The notes beneath the pieces were generated by a model. The model had not been told where the DNA came from and did not search any database. It saw only the letters and a list, made by a program, of their open reading frames with translations. Positions 29,573-37,871 of a stretch of DNA of 64,000 nt are shown one piece after another. Source of the DNA: an uncultured Nitrospiraceae bacterium (lineage in GTDB: Bacteria > Nitrospirota > Nitrospiria > Nitrospirales > Nitrospiraceae); contig CAWJWJ010000001.1 in the NCBI GenBank assembly GCA_963846575.1, positions 864,001-928,000 on the forward strand, given 5' to 3'. Both the position numbers and the translations under genes were made by a program. Numbering within the stretch: position 1 is the stretch's first letter; each line of letters begins with the position of its first letter.

Positions 29573-30901
29573 TTACGTAGTCGGTATCAGTTCCGGTACA
29601 AGCGTGAGAAACCATGGTGGAGTTTCCTCCGTCATGTCCCGGAATCGTCTGGCGGTACTACTTGCCGGAATGCCCTGCAGGAGTGCGCCACGCCTGATCG
29701 TGACTCGCCTGAAGCGGTAGCCGGCAGGACGACCGGTTGGTTCTGTGAGCACTGAGGGGAAAACTTGGCGCAGCGTTGTAAGATCCGACAGGTGGCACGA
29801 CCCGCCGAGCGGAAGGGCCGAGAGTCTGTCGAATATGTCCCCGAACACCGATGGAACAGTCTGTTCCGATAAAATGAGATCGTCCGGCCTCACCCGCGGA
29901 TCTTCGATCAGTTGCGAAAGGATCTCCCAGAACACTTGAGAATCAACAGCGCCCAGGATGCACAGAGTCCCCCTGGTGGCCATCAGTTCCAATAGAGCCA
30001 GAGGGCCGCGGATGTCGAACTTCCATGATGGAAAAAGAAGACTCCTGCCACCATGCTGGACCTCGAGCGCAGGCTCCCTTCCATGGGTGACCCGCCGAGA
30101 GTCTCCTTTGGTACGGCGCAGTTCATTGGTCAACACGACAGATGAGATTCGAGTCGGTTCGTAGGCAAACGTCGGTGTGGCTGGCGCCCAGCAGGTGACG
30201 ATGAGGTAACGCCGGGCGAGGCGTTGGTCTTTTACCAGGGGGTCCATATCAAACATGTCCTGGTCGCCGTAGAAACGGAACTGCACCCCGGCCCTAGAAC
30301 GCAGGCCGCTCAGTCTTGACGGGTGCGCATGCAGCGGTCCGCCGAGCTGAGAGCCAGGAGCCAGGCGATCCAGACAGTGGAGGATGAGGGCCTTTTGTTG
30401 GGCTATCAAGCGAGATTCGTAGCACGTAGCGAGTTCTTCGGCGAAAGACAAATCACCGGCTCCCAGGTCTAACACTGAGGCTGGCATCTGTTCCGTTAAG
30501 AGGTCAAAAGGATTGTGGTGCTCCCGCACGAAGCTGTCGATGACCTCCGCCCTGAGCGCCGGGATAGGCCACTTCGGTGGTTGGGGGGATTGAATTCCAA
30601 AGAGGACGCAGAGGGCGCGCAGGGCTTTCGTGGGAGGGAGTCCCGTCAGCCTCTTGAGCGAGTCTCCGGGTGATGATTTGTCTTGGGGCGTTGAAGGGTG
30701 CGATAGGGTGGTCACGAGGTCGCGTTTGATTTCGTCCGGGAATGCAGAGTCTTCCACGGCCCGAAGGAGTGACGCGAGAGTCGTTGGCCATTGGGTTGCA
30801 GCCACGAGTTGTCGTGAGGCGTCCCAGGCAGCGTCATCCGAAGCACGCGTGCCTGTAACCTGCCTGCGAAAGGTTGCCAGGATGTCAGGATCGATGCTCA
30901 T
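29573..30901 (-). CDS. Hypothetical protein with SAM-binding-like motif
   Basis: 442-aa ORF; VLDLGAGD resembles methyltransferase motif I; the rest is unrecognised. Confidence 0.7.
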   Translation of the reverse strand: MSIDPDILATFRRQVTGTRASDDAAWDASRQLVAATQWPTTLASLLRAVEDSAFPDEIKRDLVTTLSHPSTPQDKSSPGDSLKRLTGLPPTKALRALCVLFGIQSPQPPKWPIPALRAEVIDSFVREHHNPFDLLTEQMPASVLDLGAGDLSFAEELATCYESRLIAQQKALILHCLDRLAPGSQLGGPLHAHPSRLSGLRSRAGVQFRFYGDQDMFDMDPLVKDQRLARRYLIVTCWAPATPTFAYEPTRISSVVLTNELRRTKGDSRRVTHGREPALEVQHGGRSLLFPSWKFDIRGPLALLELMATRGTLCILGAVDSQVFWEILSQLIEDPRVRPDDLILSEQTVPSVFGDIFDRLSALPLGGSCHLSDLTTLRQVFPSVLTEPTGRPAGYRFRRVTIRRGALLQGIPASSTARRFRDMTEETPPWFLTLVPELIPTT

Positions 30902-31042
30902 GGATCGAGTTGCCGTGTAGAGGCCCGGGCATTCCCCGGATTAAAACAAATTGCATGCGCGAAGGGAGAGTATCGGCCGGCTGGAGAGCGAGTCAAGAGT
31001 CTCAGTGTTGCGGCGACTTCAGGCGTATGTTAGGTAGATGCT

Positions 31043-32059
31043 GTGCGTATTCATCCCACTGATAATTTCAAAACGGTCGGCCGTACGGCGGTCCGATTGG
31101 CTGCAGTTCTCGCAGTGCTGCTCGTCTCATTTGCCTGCCAGGGGAATGACCGTAAGTCGATGCTGACTCATCAGGTCTGGGAGGAGTGGGCGGCTGGACA
31201 GGTCCTTGATACCAGGACCGGTCACTCCGTCCCCATGAACCGGTGGCTGGAAGGGCTGGCATCATATGACACGATCTACCTGGGGGAGGAACATCACAAC
31301 CGGTTTCACATTGACGCAGCGTTGATGGTGCTGAAGACGTTGGTCGGTCAGGCACGTCGTCCGGTGCTCGCGATGGAAATGTTCGGATGGGATGGTCAAC
31401 CGGCACTGGACCAGTATCTTGGTTCTCAGGAGGGCGTCCGTGCGGGATTTCTTGAGCAATCGTTGTGGAAACAGAATTGGGGTGGGGCCTTCGAAGACTA
31501 TGAACCCTTAGTGCAGTTCGCGAAGGAGCACCAGCTCTCAGTGCTGGCGATGAACCCGCCAAAAACACTGATCAAGCAGGTCGTCAAATGGGGGATCCTT
31601 CACACCAAGGAGCAGGCGGAGTGGCGACAGTGGGGCATGGAGGGGGAAACGATCGTTGACGATCCAGCCTATCGCGCTCGAATCCTGTCTCAACTCCAGG
31701 ATTGTCATGGCGGGGGCTCTCCTGCCGATTATCAGACGATGTATGAGGCCTCCCTGGTGCGGGATGAGGGTATGGCTAAGACCCTGGTTGCCGCGCTGAA
31801 CCGAGTACAGGCTGAAGCAAACCCTGTCCTAGGGCCAGTTCTCAGCTATACAGGAGGAGGCCATGTGCAATATGGGGTGCCCGTGCCGAATCGTGTTGCA
31901 CGGCGGCTTCCCGGACGACTCAGGCAGGTGACGGTGTATCTGGCCACGTTTGAGCAGGAGAGATCGGCAGAGCTGTGGCAAGCAATGAATGAAGGGATTG
32001 CAGATTACGTCTGGTTGACCCCCCAGGGCTCTCAAGGGCCGCCTCGACGGTGCCGATAG
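31043..32059 (+). CDS. ChaN-family lipoprotein (haem-uptake/Tiki superfamily)
   Basis: Lipobox SFAC; IYLGEEHHN, LAMEMF, RDEGMA, GGGH. Confidence 0.85.
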   Translation: MRIHPTDNFKTVGRTAVRLAAVLAVLLVSFACQGNDRKSMLTHQVWEEWAAGQVLDTRTGHSVPMNRWLEGLASYDTIYLGEEHHNRFHIDAALMVLKTLVGQARRPVLAMEMFGWDGQPALDQYLGSQEGVRAGFLEQSLWKQNWGGAFEDYEPLVQFAKEHQLSVLAMNPPKTLIKQVVKWGILHTKEQAEWRQWGMEGETIVDDPAYRARILSQLQDCHGGGSPADYQTMYEASLVRDEGMAKTLVAALNRVQAEANPVLGPVLSYTGGGHVQYGVPVPNRVARRLPGRLRQVTVYLATFEQERSAELWQAMNEGIADYVWLTPQGSQGPPRRCR

Positions 32060-32272
32060 GGTATCTAACAGCCGCCTGTGCTCTCCCTGAGAAGAAATGC
32101 GAGGCGTGCCTCGTCCCCTCGCCTGCGGGATGGCTGCTGATCCAGATCTGACATACGCTCATGCCTCGTCGATCAGGTGTGGATGTGGGAGCGGGGATTC
32201 CTTGGCACTGAGGCGCTCATTAGCCAGGCTGCAGCAGCGACTTAACCAGACTCATCATTCCATAGGTGACAC

Positions 32273-33143
32273 TATGAAGGGGAGAATCGCCTGTTCAGCG
32301 GATCGCCTCAGTTTGCTGGAGGCGGCGATGATTAGCTCGGTGGTGGAGCCTAATGCGTTCCAACTCGGGAAGCAGTACCAGACCGAGCGTCGTGTACAGA
32401 TCGTAGATGCATCGGATACCGAGTTGAATTCGTCCGTCATGGGCAATTCCGGATTGTATGAACAATCTATACGCCTACGCCAGGGCTACCTAGAGGCCAA
32501 ATGCTCCTGTACGTTGTCTGAGCAACCGATTTGTCGCCACGGCGTGGCGGCGCTCCTTGAATATCAGCGCTGGTCCAAACCGCGAACCGTCCCCAAGCCG
32601 AGAGTCGGCTTTCCCCGCTCCGAGGCTGAGCAGCCGGTACCTTCGGCAGAGAGTCCTTCCGGTGATGTAAAATTAAGCGAATTGACGCAATTTACGGAGT
32701 GGATGCAGCGGGTGGTCCAGGCGATTCAAGCGGAACAGCCAGTGCCGGAACAACCCACCATGGGGTCGGGTGTGGTGTCTACCTGGACGCAAATAATTCG
32801 GCGGATGGATGAGCGACGAAGGGGAAGCGATGCAGCGCAGGCCTGTCTCGACACGGAGGTCCGTCAGCGCGATGCATTGGTGGCGCGATTGACTCAGGAT
32901 CTCGACTCATCTGTCAAGGAAATGAAGTCCCTGCAGATGGTTTGCAAAGATCTTGAGCGGGAAGTGGAGAAGCAGAAAGCCCTGGTCCAGAAAACAACCG
33001 ACCTTTCCATTCAGATTGACCAGTTTGACGTCGAGGTCAAGGCGATTGCGAGTACTTTGACTGAAAAGGGCCGCCGATTAGAAGGCTTAGCCGATACCTG
33101 TCGAGATGTCGCGTCGATGCTCAAATCGTTAGGCAAAGGTTAG
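32273..33143 (+). CDS. SWIM zinc-finger protein with C-terminal coiled coil
   Basis: CSCTLSEQPICRH (CxC-xn-CxH); heptad-rich C-terminus; start at 32273 or 32327. Confidence 0.8.
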
Positions 33144-33296
33144 GAATCTGTTGGCGCACGATATCTAGCGCTCTTGCGCCGACCCCATACTTATTGCAAC
33201 AGCAGGCCTCTTTAGCCGACCCCCTTGCGTCACCCCTCGTTCCTTCAGTACAATGCGACCCTCTTTTTGGGATTTCTTGAATACAGGGGGGAAATC

Positions 33297-33473
33297 ATGA
33301 ACAAGTTGACCGCAGGATTCGCGAGTGGGCTGGTTGCGCTTCAGTCGACCACTGCATTGGCTAATGTGAGCGAAGGTCCGCCTGACTATAGCGGGATTAC
33401 CGGTCTGTATTACACTTTGATCGCCATTGTCTTGGCATATGGAGTGTACGATACGTTTTTTAGCAAGAGCTAG
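33297..33473 (+). CDS. 58-aa microprotein: signal peptide plus single TM helix
   Basis: AGGGGGG RBS; upstream TTGCGT-N18-TACAAT (33225-33254); signal ending ALA; TM GLYYTLIAIVLAYGVY. Confidence 0.75.
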   Translation: MNKLTAGFASGLVALQSTTALANVSEGPPDYSGITGLYYTLIAIVLAYGVYDTFFSKS

Positions 33474-33486
33474 TCGACAGACCAAA

Positions 33487-34302
33487 CTATTCATGGCGTG
33501 AACCGTTAGGCCCACCTGATGAGGTGGGAATAGTTTTTTTTGCCTTATTTCCGACATCTGAAGAGTCCTGCTTTGTTGCACTGAGGATCGGAAGCAGGCT
33601 CTTCAGTATGTTGTCGACCACGATCTGATATCCCTCCCGCGTGGGGTGGATTCCATCGGCCTGGTTGAGCCGTTTTTCTCCTCCCACTCCTTCCAGAAGA
33701 AACGGAACAAGTGGAAGCGCATGGGTCGTGGCCAGTTCACGATACATCGCTTCGAACCGGCCCGTGTATTCCTCACCGTAGTTTGGTGGGAGTTTCATCC
33801 CGATTAAAAGTACCGGCACGCGCGCTTCTTTGAGTCGTTTGATGATGGTCTCAAGGTGGGATCGTGTTTCCTGAATACTCAAGCCACGCAAGCCATCGTT
33901 TCCCCCCAATTCAAGAATGACGAGTGATGGTTTGCCGGCGAGGATCCAGGGTACTCGACGAAGCCCGCCCGAGGTAGTTTCCCCGCTAACGCCGGCATTG
34001 ATGACCTGATACGAATACCCTAAGGCATCGAGTCGCGCTTGCAGCTGCATCGGATAGGATTGCGCGGGAGCAACTCCAAGCCCGGCGGTCAAGCTATCGC
34101 CGAAGGCGATGATTCGAGGTCTATCATCTGGGAGCGGAGCGGTACTGGCGGATGGCGCTCCAAGCAACTCCTGGCTCTCGGAAGGCACGTCAGCAGCTGA
34201 GCCCGCGGGCCCCGCTGAAGGAGACGGGGCTGGGGACGTTTGATCGCAAGCGACTAGTGCCATGAGTAGAACCGAAGCGATACAGTTGGTCACTAGGCCC
34301 AT
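33487..34302 (-). CDS. TesA-like arylesterase/acyl-CoA thioesterase (SGNH), lipoprotein
   Basis: FGDSL, NAGVSGETT, LELGGNDGLRG, PPNYG, QADGIHP; lipobox LVAC. Confidence 0.92.
   Translation of the reverse strand: MGLVTNCIASVLLMALVACDQTSPAPSPSAGPAGSAADVPSESQELLGAPSASTAPLPDDRPRIIAFGDSLTAGLGVAPAQSYPMQLQARLDALGYSYQVINAGVSGETTSGGLRRVPWILAGKPSLVILELGGNDGLRGLSIQETRSHLETIIKRLKEARVPVLLIGMKLPPNYGEEYTGRFEAMYRELATTHALPLVPFLLEGVGGEKRLNQADGIHPTREGYQIVVDNILKSLLPILSATKQDSSDVGNKAKKTIPTSSGGPNGSRHE
33511..33541 (+). terminator. Putative intrinsic terminator after the microprotein
   Basis: CCCACCT-GATG-AGGTGGG hairpin followed after 5 nt by T8. Confidence 0.45.
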
Positions 34303-34391
34303 GGCAGGGTTCCGCGATTTCCACCAGGTGATCACCTGTACAGTATAATGGAAAACCTCTTGCGAGCGTAGTTCACTGGACGCCACTTGAA

Positions 34392-35090
34392 ATGATTGAA
34401 GTTCAACATGTCACCATGCAGCTTTCGGCGGCCGGCCAGACTGTCACCATTCTCCACGACGTGTCACTAGCGATTCACGAAAAGCAGAAGGTGGCGATCG
34501 TGGGGCCATCGGGCAGCGGAAAGTCTACGCTACTCGGACTGATTGCTGGACTGGATCGCCCTACCTCCGGCAGCATTTGGCTCAACGGGGCTGATATTAC
34601 AGGGCTGGGAGAACAGGCGATGGCGCGACTGCGCCTGGCCAATATCGGGTATATCTTTCAATCGTTTCACCTCATCCCGACATTAACTGCCCTTGAGAAT
34701 GTGGCAATTCCACTTGAGCTGGCGAGAGATGTCCGGGCACGACAACGCGCCAACGAAGTGTTGCAAGCGGTGGGGCTAGGACATCGCGTTTCCCACTATC
34801 CCGTCCAACTGTCAGGCGGCGAACAACAGCGAGTGGCTGTGGCGCGCGCGTTCGCTTGTAGACCACCAATCCTTCTGGCTGATGAGCCGACGGGCAACCT
34901 CGATTCCGCGACCGGACAGCAGATCATTGATCTGATTCTTTCCTTGCATCGTGATAGCGGGACGACGCTTGTCCTGGTCACCCATGACCACCATTTGGCT
35001 GGCTCCATGGATCGCGTAATTACTCTCCGCGATGGCCGGGTCGAATCGGACCAACTGGCTCATCAAGACAGAATGCCTAACGATCAATGA
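34392..35090 (+). CDS. ABC transporter ATP-binding protein (YbbA-like)
   Basis: GPSGSGKST, LSGGEQQR, LLADEPTGNLD, VTHD; divergent from the tesA-like gene. Confidence 0.93.
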   Translation: MIEVQHVTMQLSAAGQTVTILHDVSLAIHEKQKVAIVGPSGSGKSTLLGLIAGLDRPTSGSIWLNGADITGLGEQAMARLRLANIGYIFQSFHLIPTLTALENVAIPLELARDVRARQRANEVLQAVGLGHRVSHYPVQLSGGEQQRVAVARAFACRPPILLADEPTGNLDSATGQQIIDLILSLHRDSGTTLVLVTHDHHLAGSMDRVITLRDGRVESDQLAHQDRMPNDQ

Positions 35091-37756
35091 TGCTGCCCTT
35101 CTGGATCACGATGGCTTGGCGAGAATTGCGGTCGGCCTGGCGCCACTTTCTCTATTTTCTTGCCTGTATCGCTCTGGGGGTCGGGGCGGTAGTCGGAGTT
35201 GCGCTCTTTTCTGCCAACGTCGAACAAGCTGTCTTAAGAGAAGCTCGTGGATTGCTTGGTGGAGATCTCGAGATCCGTCTGTCCAGACAATTGGGAGAGC
35301 AGGGTGTCGCCATGTTGCGAGGGCTCGACAACCGGGGCGTACGGACGACCCGAGTCACTGAGCTGGTGGCCATGGCCTCGCAAGTGAACCCGCCGCCAGG
35401 CGCGACGGATCGGACTCAGCTTGTCGAACTCAAGGCTGTCGAAGCACCCTATCCGCTGTATGGGGCGGTCAAAGTCAGTCCTGATCGACCTCTTATGGAG
35501 CTCTTGGATATTGCCGTAACTCCCTGCCGCGAGGCCTGCTATGGAGCAGTCGTTCAGGAGGCCTTGTTGATCCGTCTCGGGCTGGTGGTGGGGGACAGCA
35601 TCAAGATCGGGCAGGCGTTGTTCCGAATCACCGGAGTCATCCATACCGAACCCGACCGCATGGCCAACATGTTCAGTTTGGGCCCGCGAGTCTTGATCTC
35701 CCAGGAGGGACTTCTTACCACCGATCTCATCAAGCCGGGAAGTCGTCTGCGTGAGAGGTACCTCCTGAAACTGCCGCCCACTCTTTCCCCATCTCCGCTG
35801 GTCCACGAGATTCGGAGCCGTCTAGAGAAAGAATCTGCGCGGGTGTCCTCTTATCGGGACGCTCAGCCGCAGCTCAAACAGTTTCTCGATCAACTGGCCC
35901 GCTATTTGGGACTTGTCGGGTTGACCGCCTTGTTTGTCGGTGGAATCGGAGTGGCGTTGTCGATTCAAGCCTTTATCCGGGAGAAGTTTCAATCCATCGC
36001 GATCCTGAAAACACTGGGTGCCGATACGACGACCATCATTCAGTCATATTTGGGCCAGGCGCTGGGCCTGGGTATTCTGGGCAGTGGTGTCGGCATTGGT
36101 ATCGGCATCGTCTTGCAGTGGTTACTCCCACAGGCTGTCTCCACCTTGCTGGCAACCGACCTCCTCGATCAGATCGGGTTTTCTTCGGTGCTGTCGGCCG
36201 CCGCGGCGGCGCCACTGGCGAAAGGCCTTGGATTGGGCGTGTTGACTACGCTTCTGTTCAGCCTGTGGCCGTTGTTGACGATCCGCGAGATCAAGCCCGC
36301 CGCTATCTTCAGGCGCGAGGTCGAAGGGGACATTGGGCCTGGCGCCACGGGGACGATCACACTTCGGAGACGTCTGCGTAGAGTACTAACCGGGGATCCG
36401 ATTAAGGCCCTCACCGCGACCGGGATAGCGTTTGGGCTGGCAGCCCTGGCTATCTGGCAGGCGGGGTCACTCAGTATCGGCGGCCTTTTCATTGGGGGCC
36501 TCCTCGTTGCGGTTGCGGCGTTGTTCATCGCAGCGAAGGCACTGCTCGCCGTCATGCGCACTTTGCCCGTGGCAGGCGCTCTTTCTATTCGGCAGGCTTT
36601 GAGCAACATTCAGCGTCCAGGCGGACAAACACTCGGGGTGATGGTCTCAATCGGCGTCGGCGTGATGGTAATTCTGGCCATCGCATTGCTTGAACATGCA
36701 TTGGTGCGACAAGTAGGTGAGAATCGCCCCACTGACTCACCAACCTTCTTTTTTATTGATATACAGCCGGACCAAACGCGGGATTTTGTGTCGCTGATCC
36801 ATCAACGCACAGGAGATTTGACGACTCAGTTGACCCCGCTGGTTCGCTCTCGATTACATGCGGTTAATGGCCGGAAGGTGCAGGTTGCGCTAGAGCCGGA
36901 AGACCAGCCTGATCAGACGCGGGAGGAGAAGCGGAAGAATTGGTATGCGAGTCGTGAGTACGTCTTGACCTTCCTCGATCAGTTGCCCAGGGATAACACG
37001 ATAGTAAAAGGCACCTGGTGGAGCGCCGGTCAAGTGTTTCCCCGCCCTCAAGTGTCCGTCGAAGAGGATGCGGCAAAAGGCCTGGGCATCGACCTGGGAG
37101 ACACTTTGGAACTGAATATTCAGGGTGTGATCGTACAGGCCGAGGTCAGCAGCATCAGAAAGGTTGAGTGGGGAAATTTTTCGACCAATTTCTACATGAT
37201 TTTTTCGCCGGGCTCGCTGGATGGTGCCCCACTGACCTATGTGGCGACGGCGCGAGTCGCCCCTGAGGACGAAGTAGCGCTTCAATCAGCGGTGGTAGCC
37301 GCATTTCCCAATGTGACGGCGATCAATATCGGTGAGGTGCTCAGTGCCTTTGCGCGGGTGTTGGATCGGCTGTCTCTTGCCATTCGCGCCGTGGCCTTAT
37401 TCTGCCTGCTCACAGGAGCGTTGGTCATGGCGGCGGCTTTGGCGGCGACCCGCTATCGCCGACTGTACGAGGCGGTGATCCTCAAGGCGTTGGGAGCCAC
37501 CCGTGCACTGATCGCCCGGTCGTTTGCCGCTGAATATGCCTTACTGGGGTTTGTGGCCGGCCTGATCGGTATACTGCTAGCCAGTGCGTTCTCGTGGGCG
37601 ATTCTGCGCTATATCTTGGAGCTCCCTTGGGCCCTGGAGCCGTCATTGTTGGGGCTGGGTTTGGCCAGCACGGTAGTCCTGACGCTTGTAGTTGGATTCC
37701 TCAGCACCTACCGCATTCTCGGTCAGCCTCCGTTGACCGTGCTCCGTCACGAATAA
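35087..37756 (+). CDS. ABC transporter permease (YbbP/FtsX-like)
   Basis: AWRELRS, ARGLLGGDL, VELKAV..YPLYG, FFIDIQPDQ, two FtsX-type ILKxLGA segments. Confidence 0.92.
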   Translation: MMLPFWITMAWRELRSAWRHFLYFLACIALGVGAVVGVALFSANVEQAVLREARGLLGGDLEIRLSRQLGEQGVAMLRGLDNRGVRTTRVTELVAMASQVNPPPGATDRTQLVELKAVEAPYPLYGAVKVSPDRPLMELLDIAVTPCREACYGAVVQEALLIRLGLVVGDSIKIGQALFRITGVIHTEPDRMANMFSLGPRVLISQEGLLTTDLIKPGSRLRERYLLKLPPTLSPSPLVHEIRSRLEKESARVSSYRDAQPQLKQFLDQLARYLGLVGLTALFVGGIGVALSIQAFIREKFQSIAILKTLGADTTTIIQSYLGQALGLGILGSGVGIGIGIVLQWLLPQAVSTLLATDLLDQIGFSSVLSAAAAAPLAKGLGLGVLTTLLFSLWPLLTIREIKPAAIFRREVEGDIGPGATGTITLRRRLRRVLTGDPIKALTATGIAFGLAALAIWQAGSLSIGGLFIGGLLVAVAALFIAAKALLAVMRTLPVAGALSIRQALSNIQRPGGQTLGVMVSIGVGVMVILAIALLEHALVRQVGENRPTDSPTFFFIDIQPDQTRDFVSLIHQRTGDLTTQLTPLVRSRLHAVNGRKVQVALEPEDQPDQTREEKRKNWYASREYVLTFLDQLPRDNTIVKGTWWSAGQVFPRPQVSVEEDAAKGLGIDLGDTLELNIQGVIVQAEVSSIRKVEWGNFSTNFYMIFSPGSLDGAPLTYVATARVAPEDEVALQSAVVAAFPNVTAINIGEVLSAFARVLDRLSLAIRAVALFCLLTGALVMAAALAATRYRRLYEAVILKALGATRALIARSFAAEYALLGFVAGLIGILLASAFSWAILRYILELPWALEPSLLGLGLASTVVLTLVVGFLSTYRILGQPPLTVLRHE

Positions 37757-37871
37757 GGGCAAGCACCATCCTCATCGTGATGGCAGTCGGCTGCATACGC
37801 ACGATCCCGTGAATGAGAATGAAGGGAGAGAGGTGGATCTCCCGCGTGGCCGGGGAGGAGTGGACGGCGCG

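Noticed and set aside
32204..32220. TTGGCAC as a sigma54 promoter upstream of the SWIM gene
   Set aside because: No GC at the required GG-N10-GC spacing.
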